NCBI RefSeq assembly: GCF_018420025.1
Contig: NZ_JAEDAM010000031.1
Coordinates: 1 to 12,184, forward strand
DNA length: 12,184 nt
Reading direction: 5' to 3'
Source: Candidatus Vampirococcus lugosii
GTDB lineage: Bacteria; Patescibacteriota; Gracilibacteria; Absconditabacterales; Absconditicoccaceae
Shown: piece by piece, positions 1 through 10,137 of the stretch
How the letters are laid out: each line of letters opens with the position of its first letter
How positions within the stretch are numbered: the stretch's first letter is position 1
The notes under the pieces: generated by a model
Databases searched by the model: none
The model's input: the letters and a program-made list of their open reading frames with translations, nothing else
What the model was told of the DNA's origin: nothing
Made by a program: the position numbers and the translations under genes

Positions 1-1068
1 ACTAGATGGACTACACCAAGTGATGAAAATGATGAACAAGATGAAAATAATGAAAATGATGAACAAGATGAAAATGATGAACAAGATGAAAATAATGAAA
101 GTGATGAACAAGATGAAAATAATGAAAGTGATGAACAAGATGAAAATAATGAAAATGATGAACAAGATAAAAATAATGAAAATGATGAACAAGAGGAAAA
201 TAATGGACAAAAAAAATTATCGGAATATATAAAAGAACTTGAAGAACAGATACAATCTGAACAAAAATTGATAAATAGAACAAATATTACAATTAATACT
301 CCTATATTTGAAACTAATAATGTACAAAATACAGTAAGTAAATTAAATAATTTAATTTTACAAAAAGTAGAGAATAAGAAAATATCTTGAAAAGATTTGG
401 AAAATTTTGTAGAAAATTATAATAACTTTTTAATGATTGTAAAGATTATTAGAGATATTAGTGATAATAATGAAATTAGAAAAGAATGAAAAACTTATGT
501 TTCAAATATTATATGAATATTAAATTCATATGAAGAAATAATTCCTTCTAGTGAATTACAAGATAAAGAGTTTGAAATGGCTTTATCTTTCTTAAAAAGA
601 TATTGATTGACAAAATATAATAGTGTAGATGAATTTAGACCAAATGATGAGCTTACAAGACAAGAATCAGCAAGTTTTTTTGCTTGATTTGCAAAAGAAG
701 TTTTATGAATACAAGAAACCAATAATAATTGTTCATTTATTGATATAGATAATGCAGATTATACTTTAGTACCAAAAATTAATTCTGTATGTGCTATGTG
801 AATTATGTGAATGAATAATAATGAGTTTAGACCATTTGAAATTATAAGTAGGGCAGAGTCGTTTACAGTATTGGTAAGATCTATATTATGAGATAATTTA
901 GATGAAACTGTAAATCCTCGGTGGGATAATTACTTCAAAGTAGCTCAAGAATTAAATCTTACTAATGAAGTTAGTACTTGGGATCAAGATAGACCTATAA
1001 CTAGATATGAAATGTCTTTAATTTTATATAGAGCTTGGTTAGGTTCCGAAGAAACATTATCTCAATAA
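1..1068 (+). CDS. Cell-surface protein, 5'-truncated by the window edge: acidic D/E/N/Q tandem-repeat region followed by three SLH-like repeats (translation table 25)
   Basis: Frame 1 is open from nt 1 to TAA at 1066-1068 once TGA is read as sense (9 in-frame TGA, the first at 388-390). There are three ~55-aa repeats containing FRPNDELTRQE (~634), FRPFEIISRAE (~826) and DRPITRYE (~988). With TGA=Gly these are preceded by RY-G-LTKY and AM-G-IM-G-M. This gives the G-[IL]-x-G ... F-x-P-x3-[IL]-[TS]-R-x-E pattern of S-layer-homology domains. TGG is used for Trp (PRWDN, STWDQ, RAWLG). Confidence 0.75.
22..210 (+). repeat. In-frame tandem repeat, 27-nt unit GATGAACAAGATGAAAATAATGAAART (DEQDENNE[N/S]), about 6-7 copies including one 18-nt short copy
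   Basis: Read directly: GATGAACAA recurs at 31, 58, 76, 103, 130, 157 and 184, with near-identical spacers. The last two copies are degenerate (GATAAA, GAGGAA). The repeat encodes a low-complexity acidic stretch of the surface protein. Confidence 0.9.
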
Positions 1069-1089
1069 TAATAATTATTTATATAAAAT

Positions 1090-1125
1090 AAAAAACTATT
1101 TCCTTCAATGGAGATAGTTTTTTTA
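1090..1125. terminator. Bidirectional intrinsic terminator between convergent genes
   Basis: 10-bp stem, 1094-1103 (aactatttcc) pairing with 1110-1119 (ggagatagtt), containing one G-U pair. The loop is 1104-1109. An A-run (1090-1095) lies on the left and a T-run (1118-1124) on the right, so either strand reads hairpin plus U-tract. It sits between the + gene stop (1068) and the minus gene stop (1140). Confidence 0.7.
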
Positions 1126-1139
1126 TCAAAAATATTTTA

Positions 1140-3881
1140 TTATCTTCATTCTATTACTACTGGTTTTTTACAATTTCAATGATCACTTTTGTCTCATGTA
1201 CAATTATATCTATTTTTTACAATAGGAGAAACTTTATTTATATTATAATTATCATTTTCATCTACATAAGAATTTCTAAGAAAATTTATATCATATCTTT
1301 GAGAAACTTTGTATGCAAATGCATTATTAAATAAGAAATTATCTTGATGTATTCTCCTACCTCATGGTAAAACAACTTCTTCATTTGTATTTATTATTCA
1401 TCATCAATATGTATTTCTAGAAATTATATTTCATTTTATATACAATTGTTGTTTCAATTTTTCATCATTTAAATTATATTGCATTATATCGCTTATTGTT
1501 CAATTCATATTATCTATAGAAAGTATACTTCAATCTGTTGTTATATTAGTTTGTATAGTATCTACTTCATTTCATATATATATATTTCAATTAATATTCC
1601 ATCCATTTGTTTTATTAAATTTTATTGTTCCATCATTACTAAATGAATAAATTTGCAAAAATCAATCATTCTTTATTTTTATATCTGATGATATTATCAT
1701 TTTACAATCTATAAATACTAATTTATTTTTTCATTCAACATCTGAAATTAAATCTATTATTATTTCATTTCAATTACAATTATATATTTCATTTCAAACA
1801 TTTCTTATTTCTTTAATTTCATTTCTATTTAATTCTTTTTTTCATTTTAAATTTCTAATAACTTCCTTTCTTTTTTTATTTATATAATTAGAAAACGAAA
1901 TTCAAGATCATCATATTTGATTTTCATTTCAAAATGCTAATATTTCTTCTATATTATATCATCTATTTAAAATTCATGTAATATCTATTCAAAAAAACTT
2001 TCATGCTATATTTAATCTATTTCAATCTATAGATGTATTTGGTATTAATTTAACTTTTTTTCAATCTATTTCGTATTGATAATGTCAATTATAGTATTCC
2101 ACTTTATTTAAATTTGTTCATGAAATTACTATTTTTCAATCTATTTTTGAATTTCAAAATCAAGAAAAAACTTCTCATTCTTCAAATACACAATCAAAAC
2201 ATCAAACTGTATCTCATACAATATCAAAATCTTCCAAATTAACATTATTTATAAGTCAAGTGTATACAAGACTTATTTCATTTTCTTCGTTGATCATAAT
2301 TCAATCTCAAACATTTATTCACTGAAATCATATACTTACTATATTTTGAAAATTTAATCATTTAATTTTTGTTCATATTGATATATTATCATAATTTATA
2401 TCAAGTTGAGCTGATCTTACTGGTTTATAACTTCAAATTCTAATTTTAATTTCTCATTCTTCGTCTGTGCTAGTATCAAATATGTCATAATTAAATCATG
2501 TTGTGTAATTTGTATTATCTGTTTCATCTAAATCAAAAAAATTTCAAGTATCTTCTATTTTTATATTTCATAAATCAAAATTAGGTACTGTATATCAATA
2601 TTGATTTAACATTTTAATATTAATATTACATTTATCTCATTTAGCTTTGGCATTACTACAGTTTGGATTTAAATAATATATTGATTCTTTTATTTGTTTA
2701 TCTGGATCTAATTTAATTTTACTAGTTTCAAGACTATTTGAATTTATATTTAGATATTGTCAAAAATCATATTTTCAATCTATTTTGTAATAAATATATA
2801 TTCAATTTTCATCTACTTTTTTTCAAAAAGGCATTAGTTTTATTTTAAATGGATATTTGCTATTAACATTATCTCAATTTATTATATTATAACTTATTCA
2901 TTGACTTGATTCATAATTTAAATTTCATATTCATACAAAATTACTTATTCAAGTAGTTTCAAATTCTGCATCAATATTTTCTCATATATATTTATTTCAA
3001 ACTCCACTTAATTTTAAATCAATATTTCAAGGAATTTCAAGATTTATATTTCAAGTAAGAACTTTATCAGTATCTTTATCGTATATTATATTTATTCATA
3101 AATTATTTTGACCAGCTATAATTCAAGATATTTTTCAATTTTTTCAATTTTTTCAATTTATTTCACTTAATTTATATCAATTTACTTTAGTTCCATCATT
3201 TTTATCAACTAAATTTTTTTCATTTAGTTTATGATCATTAATTAATATAGAGTTTATTAATTTTCAATTATTATCTCTAAGTATTATTTTATAATTTAAT
3301 TTATCTGAAAAATTTGCTTTTGCATTTCATATAAATATTAATTTACTTTTATTTTCATCAATTAAATCATAAACAATTTTTCTTGATTGAATATCTGTTT
3401 TTACTAATTCCCATTGCCACATTCATAATCAATTAGAATAAGATTGTCCAGTATGATAATATAATCATTCATCACCTGGATTATTATATCTATTATCATT
3501 TTGATCAGAAAAAACATAATAATTATCGCTAATATGTTCAAAATCTATCCGTCATCAAGCTGCTAATTTTGCCATTCAACGATATTTTCAATCTCAACAA
3601 GTATATGTTCATTTATCTCAATATTGAAAATATACTTCTCATATTTTATTTGTATATCAAGTTCATATTACTGGAAAACAATGATGTTCACCTCAATCTT
3701 TTCAATCTATAATTTTAGGATTATTTTTATCAACTTTAACTTCATAAACTATTCATTCTTTTTCTCATTCAAAATTAAGTTCATCAGTGTCTTTTATTGA
3801 AGCAAAGTTAAAAAAATTTGATTCTCAATATGTTTTGATTATAGATGTTATTATTATAAATAATATTATTATCTTTTTCAT
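1140..3881 (-). CDS. Large secreted or surface protein (913 aa), Gly/Asn/Ile-rich, N-terminal signal or anchor, function unknown (table 25)
   Basis: The minus-strand frame has no TAA or TAG from ATG (3881-3879) to TAA (1142-1140). I checked this line by line as the absence of in-frame tta/cta on the + strand. The N-terminus MKKIIILFIIITSIIKTYG is a hydrophobic signal or anchor. I hand-counted about 88 in-frame TGA and about 9 GGN. The sequence has beta-rich repetitive motifs (GNINLEIPGNIDLKLSG, TYGGGIINTN). I recognise no catalytic motif. Confidence 0.8.
3132..3158 (-). repeat. Perfect 9-nt x3 in-frame tandem repeat (ttttcaatt on the + strand) encoding (N-G-K)x3 with UGA-Gly
   Basis: Read directly: ttttcaatt occurs at 3132-3140, 3141-3149 and 3150-3158. 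On the coding strand this is AAT TGA AAA x3, inside the 913-aa ORF. Confidence 0.85.
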
Positions 3882-3919
3882 TTTTATATATTTTTATTTT
3901 TAAAATATAATTACCTAAT

Positions 3920-3948
3920 ATTATATATTAATAATACTTATTTGTCAA
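3920..3948 (-). promoter_or_regulatory. Consensus sigma70-type promoter for the 913-aa ORF
   Basis: On the minus strand, TTGACA (3948-3943) is followed by a 17-nt spacer and TATAAT (3925-3920). This lies 39 nt upstream of the ATG at 3881, inside the 115-nt intergenic gap. Caveat: TATAAT-like hexamers are frequent in DNA this AT-rich. Confidence 0.55.
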
Positions 3949-3996
3949 TATAATATATATAAATTATATTTTAATATTTAGAAAAATTTTATATTT

Positions 3997-4467
3997 TTAT
4001 TTTAGTATACTACTAATATATGCCAATCATAATGCATCTGCTGCATCATCATATTCTGGAATTTTTTCCAAAGAAAATATTTTCATTACAAAATTTTGTA
4101 CTGTAATTTTATTTGCTTTAGTATTTCAAGTTATATATTTTTTAAGTTCAATAGGTGATAATTCATAAATTTTAATATTTTTTTTAATTAACAAAACATA
4201 TAAAACAGCTCTTACTCAATATACAAATTCTGCATTTGCTTGATTTTTATTTGTAAAAAAAAGTTTTTCCATTCATGCTTTTTGTATATTATATTGATTT
4301 ATTATTTTTTCAAAAAAATTTTGTATTTCAAATATTTTTTGAAAATAATCTTCTCTATTTGGATTTTTTTTTTCTTGTAAAAGTATTCAAGCATCAATTA
4401 TATTTAGATTTTTATCTATTATTGCATATCATAATTTTCTAGCACCAGGATCTATTCATATAAACAT
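3997..4467 (-). CDS. ruvC: Crossover junction endodeoxyribonuclease RuvC (156 aa, table 25)
   Basis: The hand translation reads MFIGIDPGARKLGYAIIDKNLNIIDAGIL ... KYITGNTKANKITVQNFV ... EYDDAADALGLAYI. This matches the RuvC signature GIDPG...G, the K-x-VTG-x-G-x-A-x-K segment and the C-terminal D-x-x-DA-L-A motif. Seven in-frame TGA all fall at Gly-compatible positions, including the first G of GIDPG (4456-4458). Confidence 0.9.
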
Positions 4468-4492
4468 AATTTTTTTTTAAAATAAAAAGTTA

Positions 4493-5362
4493 TTACTTAA
4501 TATTATTTTTTTGTTCCAAACATTTATATATATGGTATATATATACAAAAAAATATACAGAAAAAATATAAAATAATATATTATTTAAAATAATACTAAT
4601 TATATTTGGTAAAATATCACTAAATGATGATAATAATCAACTAATAACTAATGCTAAAATACCAATAAGTAATAAATAAATAAATATTGTCCAAAAATTT
4701 CATTTAGTAAATTCTTTACTCATAGATATAGCTTTTTTTCAAAAAATATCTTCATTTAATACAAGCCAAGGAAGAGGAAGTAACTTTATATAAATTACCA
4801 TCATATATATATATTGAAATATAAATATTAATCAAAATATTGGTATTAATAATAATAAGTTTTTATTTGTTATGGCTCATAAAAAATCTGATGAAAAACC
4901 TGGTCAAAAGTATATATATAATATATAAAGAAATAATACTATTAATAGTATTAAACTTGGTAAAAACATAGTATACAAAAATAGAAAAAATGTTTTTATA
5001 ATTTTCCATATATTTCAATATATATAAGAAATTCATTTTAGTATAGTAAATTCTTTATTTTTCAAAATATTATTTATTCAATACAAAAGTAAAAAAAATA
5101 AAAATATTCAAATAATTAAAGATAATAAGTACAAAAAAGTAAGTATATATAAATAGATATTAAAGTTATCATTTCATGTATATACTTTACCAAAAATTAA
5201 TCGAAAAAATGCAAATATAAAAAGATAATTAATAATTGTATTAATAAACATAAAAAGTAAAACAATTAAAATTGATTTATTTTTTAAAACTTGTAAACTT
5301 GAATAATAAGATTTTACAAAAATTTGTTGTAAATCTATTTTATTGTATGTTTCTTCTGTCAT
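4493..5362 (-). CDS. Polytopic integral membrane protein (289 aa), family not assigned (table 25)
   Basis: The track ORF 5174..5362 is only its N-terminal 62 aa, ending at a TGA. Reading through, the same frame stays free of TAA and TAG down to TAA at 4495-4493. The protein has multiple long hydrophobic segments (ILIVLLFMFINTIINYLFIFAFF, IYLYILTFLYLLSLIIGIFLFFLLLYG, LYTMFLPSLILLIVLFLYILYIYF, FWTIFIYLLLIGILALVISGLL). Its stop lies 25 nt upstream of ruvC, so the two are probably co-transcribed. Confidence 0.75.
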
Positions 5363-5393
5363 TATATATATTTTATATAATATAAATTAATTA

Positions 5394-5421
5394 ATTATAA
5401 ATTTTTTTTAGTAAAAAACAA
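5394..5421 (-). promoter_or_regulatory. Candidate sigma70-type promoter for the membrane-protein/ruvC pair
   Basis: On the minus strand, TTGTTT (5421-5416) is followed by a 16-nt spacer and TATAAT (5399-5394). This lies 32 nt upstream of the ATG at 5362. The support is weak because of the AT-rich background. Confidence 0.35.
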
Positions 5422-5430
5422 TAACTTTTT

Positions 5431-6630
5431 TTAATTAATAAATTCATCAATTGCATCAAAAAATTTATCTATATCATCAAAATTATTATAAACATATAAA
5501 CTAACTCTGCAACTACTCAAATATCACATAAATTTTAAATATGGATGAGCACAATGTCAACCACATCTTATACAAATATTTTTCATAGCCATAAATTCAC
5601 CAAATTTTATTGCTGAGAAATTTCATTTTAATATAAAACTAAAAACTCATAATCTATTTTTGGTATTATTTTTTCAGATTAATTCAATTTTATCGGATCT
5701 TTTTAAAAATCAATCAAGCATATATTTAGTTAATTCTTGTTCTTTTTCCCAAATTTTTTTGAAACCTCATATTGATTCGATATATTCAAAAGCTTTTAAT
5801 AAACTTATAGCACCAGAAATATTTGGAGTTCAAGCTTCAAAAGCTTGTATTCAATTAAGAAAAGATACGGATTGTAAAGAAACATCTTTAATATTTCATC
5901 AACCACCAAAACAAGGATTCATTTTTTTTAATAAATTTTTATTTGCTACCAAAACTCAAATTCAAGTATTTGCCATCAACTTATGACCAGTAAAGATAAG
6001 AAAATCAGCATTTATTTTTTGAAAATCTACTGGAAAATTTGGAACTGCTTGTGATCAATCTACTACAAATATAGTGTCATCTCTAAGTAAATTTCAAATA
6101 TTTTCCAAATCAAATATAGTTCAAGTTAAATTTGAAACATAAGTAAAAGAAACTATTTTTACATTTTTATCATATTTTTGTTCAAAATCTTGTAAATCTA
6201 TATCTCCATTTTTATCTATATTTACATAATCAATTTCAATATCAATTTTATCTTTTAAAATAAGCCAAGGCACTATATTTGAATGATGTTCAGCAATACT
6301 AAGTAATATTTTATCTCAATTTTTTAAAATATTTGAAAAATATAAACTCATAGATAAAATATTGAAAGCATATGTAGAATTGTAAGTATAAATTATTTGT
6401 GATGATTTTACATTAAGATTTTTGGCAATTATAGATTTGGATTTATCATACAAATCTTCAGAAAAATCTGATAAATTATACATTCATCTATGAATATTTG
6501 CATAATATTTTGATAAATGTTCACTAATTCAATCTATTACAAATTTAGGTTTTTGGCTACTTGAGCAAGTATCAAGATATACTAAAGTTTTGTCGTCAAA
6601 AACTGGAAAATCTGATTTTATATCAAACAT
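5431..6630 (-). CDS. sufS: Cysteine desulfurase, class-V aminotransferase, SufS/CsdA-type (399 aa, table 25)
   Basis: The hand translation shows these motifs: MFDIKSDFPVF...VYLDTCSSSQKP; ANIHRG; SIAEHHSNIVPW; VDGSQAVPNFPVDF; FTGHKL (PLP-lysine motif); NTGIGVL; FGGGGNI; FEAGTPNISGAISL; and IRCGGHCAHPYL (active-site Cys loop, group II type). The frame is open from ATG 6630 to TAA 5433-5431. Confidence 0.9.
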
Positions 6631-6649
6631 TAAAATAATGTAAAAAAAT

Positions 6650-7357
6650 AAATTATTAAGATTTATTATGTATATCAATAATTTGTTGACATACAATTTC
6701 TATCGGGTCAAAACTAGGAATTTTTTCAAAAAAACTATCTTTTCAGAAAATATAAGAAATTTCTGTACAAGCATAAATTACAGAATCAAATCAATATTTT
6801 TTTTGTAGTTTTTCAGAATTTAAAAAACTTTTATAAAAAAAATTTATAGCTTCAAAACTTTTTCAAGCTTTTACTGAATAAATAGCTTTCATAATAATTT
6901 CTTGATTTTGTTTTGTAAGTTTTATTAAAGATATATCAAATTTTTGACAATATTTATCATATACTCAAGCTTGAAAAGTTCAATTTGTTCATAATAAAAG
7001 AGGCTTTTTTAATCATTTAGATTTAAGATATTTAACAGTTTCATTAACTATATTTATTAAATTTGCTTTTTTTACAATAAACTCATCAAAAAAATGATGA
7101 GCAGTATTACAAGCTATCACAATATGTGTACATCATTGTTCTTCCAAACTTTTTATTCATTCATTAATTTTTGTAAGTGGAGAAATTCAATTATTTAAAA
7201 TAGCACAAGTTCTATCTGGTATATCAGGTTTAGTATATAAAATAGTTTCAATATTTTCTAAATCATTTTTTGCAAAAGTTTTTTCTATTAATCTTTGATT
7301 AAAATACAATCAAGCAATAGCTCACATTCATCATAATATTCACAATTTAACAAACAT
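6650..7357 (-). CDS. Asp/Glu/hydantoin racemase family protein, aspartate-racemase-like (235 aa, table 25)
   Basis: The N-terminus is MFVKLGILGGMGAIAGLYF, the GGMG motif, in which four of the five Gly codons are TGA. Both catalytic-Cys motifs are present: IVIACNTAHHF and IYACTEIS. The ATG at 7357 lies 3 nt after the stop of the upstream dipeptidase gene. Confidence 0.85.
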
Positions 7358-7360
7358 ATT

Positions 7361-8347
7361 TTATAATATTTTTTTTATAAATTCAAAAGCATTAGTATAT
7401 AAAATTTTTTCTATTTCAGAAACAGTAAATCAATATTCTATCATTTTATCGGCAAGAATTTGAAAATCACTTGATTGCTGAAATTCATTTATTAAATCAT
7501 TTGAAGTAGTTCAGTCAAAATCAGATCAAATAGCAATATAATTTATTCAAACTAAATCATAAACATATTTAATAGATTTCAAAAAATCATCAAGTTTATT
7601 AGATCATAAATATTTTGGATGTGGCATAAGTCATATTAATCATCAAGATTTTGCAATAGCTTTTATTTGTTCATCATCAATATTTCTATTATTTTGTATC
7701 AAACAATTAACTTGAGTATGTGAAATAAATAAAGGTAATTTGGTATAATTTGCTATTTCCCAAAAAGATTTTTTTCATATATGTGCTAAATCAAGTATTA
7801 TATTATTATTTTCAATATAATCAATAACTTTTTTTCAAATTTTTGTAAGGTTTCAATTTCATCAAGCTCATCAAGCTAAACAATTATCAAAATTCCAAGT
7901 AAGAGCAATAGATCTAACTCATCTTTGATAATAATAATTTAAAATTTTCAAATCTGATTCTTGATCTATAAAATAAAATCATTCCATATGTTTTATTAAT
8001 CATATATTTTCATCAAGATTAACTTTATCTAAATCATTTTTATTTTTGATAGCAAAAATTTTTCAATTACTATTTTTCAAAATATAATCATAATAATCAA
8101 GTTGCTGTTTTATTAAATATCTTCTAATATTTATATCTTGATTAATTTCATTTGGCATTAAACAAGATGCACCAAATACTAATTTTACATTTCATTTTTG
8201 CAATCTAGGTAAATCAACTTGATTATTTACATTTAATCAATAATAATTTCGTCATTCATTTATTCAATTTTCAACAAAAAAATTTTTGTGTGATAATATT
8301 AAAGAATTGTCAGCCCAATCGTTATGTAAATCTATAATTTTGTACAT
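7361..8347 (-). CDS. Membrane-dipeptidase family protein, peptidase M19 (328 aa, table 25)
   Basis: The hand translation shows these motifs: MYKIIDLHNDWAD (metal-binding H-x-D); KHMEGFYF; YYQRGVRSIALTWNFDN; IILDLAHIGKKSF; PLFISHTQVNCL..NNRNIDDEQIKAIAKSGGLIGL; and INYIAIGSDFDGT. Together these are the M19 (renal-dipeptidase-like) signature set. The frame is free of TAA and TAG from 8347 to TAA at 7363-7361. Confidence 0.85.
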
Positions 8348-8370
8348 TACAATATATTTTTAATATAAAT

Positions 8371-9747
8371 TTAAAAATTTTTTTTCAAAAAAGATAATTG
8401 TTTTTTAAGATCAGACATATTAATACTTCACATTTTTTCAAAAATTTCATTTCTTTCAGATTCAGAATATGAATATAAATCAAATTGAGAAAAGTAATTT
8501 GAAGTATTTCATATATGATCAAATAAATAAGAAGAACAAAAAGTAGATTTTATTAATTTTATAAGTTCTTTATTTTGTGATTTATATTTTTCTATTAGAG
8601 AAGAATATTTTGCTATAACATATTTTATATCAGTAATTCATTGACTTTTAAGTTCTTTTATTTGTATTCATTTTTCAATTGAAATTTGTGATAATTTTTC
8701 ATTATTTACAAATAAATCATTTATTGCAGTTCTAATATTTTTATCTAAACTCAATAATTTAATATTAGCAGTAGGAACAATATTAAAATTTAATGTAGCT
8801 GGAATTTTTAAATCACTTTTTTCCAATAATATTGAATATAATTCATTATAAATTTTTCAAAAATTTTCTATATAATTAACCATATCAGGTCAAGAACAAT
8901 GATAAACTGTATCTTTATTATATTTTATAGAATCTATAATTCAAAAAAGTATAGTATTTATTATATTACTTAGTATAGGTCACTTAATTTCATCTCTTAT
9001 TTCATTAAAATCGGAATCAAGTGGATTTTTTATTACAATATCACTCATAGCATTAGTAGATTTTTCAAATCTTTCAATTAATTCAGATTTTTTTATTTTC
9101 AAACTTGATCAATAAGAATTTGTATTTGAATCAAAATACATATAATCATCATCTATATATTTTACAGTAAGTATTTCTCAATTTGGTAATATATATCTAT
9201 CAAAAATAAAGTTTAATTTATCATAATCTCAAGATTTTTCTATATTTTCAAATAAAGTAGAAATAACTTTTAATACTATTTCTTTATTCTCATCAAGCCA
9301 TTGAGAAAAAGTTATTATTTCTGTTTCAGGAAAAGTTTTTTTAGTAACTTCATAATGAAAAGCTCAAATTCAATCAGAATTAGAAACTATATTAAATATA
9401 TCTGAATCTAGATGATGTGGTAGATTTAATGATTTAGGTAGTCTAGAAAGAATACTAATTTTATCTTGTTTCTTTTCAAATATTTCAATTTCTTCTCAAT
9501 TATAAATTATACTTCAAGGTTTATAATTTTTATCTTTAGACAAAATTGTTCTATCATATAAAACACTTGGTAAACCAAAATGCATTATTGATAAATTTGA
9601 TGGATATTGATTTCCAATATGTGCACTTCTAATTACAGGAAATCATTGATCAAATAATTCTCTCAATTGATATAAATTAATATTTTCACAAATTTGTATA
9701 TTAAAATTATTTCATATTCATTCTTTATTTTCTATATTTGAATTCAT
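8371..9747 (-). CDS. Hypothetical protein (458 aa), no recognisable family (table 25)
   Basis: The frame has no TAA or TAG from ATG (9747-9745) to TAA (8373-8371), and about 17 in-frame TGA. The sequence begins MNSNIENKEGIGNNFNIQICENINLYQLRELFDQGFPVIRSAHIGNQYPSNL. There is no TM segment or signal peptide. The C-terminal third looks helical or coiled (EKLSQISIEKGIQIKELKSQ...KYKSQNKELIKLIK). Its stop lies 23 nt upstream of the dipeptidase gene. Confidence 0.7.
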
Positions 9748-9768
9748 AATATTTAGGTTTAATGAATT

Positions 9769-10137
9769 AAATTATCTTGATAATAAGCTCAGTTTTGTAT
9801 TAGCAAAATTTGTCTGACTTTGCTTATAGCAAAGATTTAGCACTACCTTTACTTAATTGTAAAGTAAGCTTGCATCAGCTAGGGTTTACCACTGGTTTAC
9901 AAATCTTGTAAACTCAGGAGAAGTAGCACTCAATTAATTTTGAATAACATCTTCACATTGCACCTTTCATTTAGTATTTAAACTAAACTAGTTTCTGTCT
10001 CTGTGGCACTTTCCTTTGTCTTGACTATCAATCAAGTATTCCAATTGTCTTTAACAATTAGCCTTTTTGCGATGCTGAGACTTTCCTCTCATAAATATAT
10101 TTTTATATATTTACAAGTATTGCTTGTCAAGATTATT
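9769..10137 (-). ncRNA. rnpB: RNase P RNA, bacterial type A (ends approximate, +/-10 nt)
   Basis: The minus strand carries the universal conserved regions:
- GAGAGGAAAGUCUCAGC (10090-10074), which matches GAGGAAAGUCCGGGC.
- GGAAAGUGCCACAGAGACAGAAAC.
- AUGAAAGGUGCAAUGUGAAG.
- GGUAAACCCUAGCUGAUGCAAG.
- ACAAAACUGAGCUUAU near 9783-9798.
P4 pairing is CUCAG with CUGAG. The P1 candidate is AAUAAUCUUGA (10137-10127) pairing with UCAAGAUAAUU (9780-9770). This segment is locally GC-richer than the flanks and contains no ORF. Confidence 0.9.

Noticed and set aside
11-283. Track ORFs 11..283 (-) with an HHFHYF-type repeat and 20..232 (+) with an MMKMMNKMK-type repeat
   Set aside because: Both are off-frame or antisense readings of the 27-nt tandem repeat. 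Frame 1 on the + strand continues uninterrupted (with TGA as sense) for 1068 nt into SLH-like repeats and is the real gene.
495-722. Track ORF 495..722 (-), 75 aa
   Set aside because: It is antisense to the well-supported + strand surface-protein ORF, and it has no motif of its own.
3132-3158. The short direct repeats (ttttcaatt x3) as a CRISPR-like or regulatory array
   Set aside because: The repeats are contiguous with no spacers, number only three copies, and lie in frame inside the 913-aa ORF, where they encode NGK x3. No CRISPR array is present anywhere in the window.
5660-5986. Track ORF 5660..5986 (+), 108 aa
   Set aside because: It is antisense to the SufS-type gene. The minus strand here encodes the GHK, GGGG and EAGTPN motifs.
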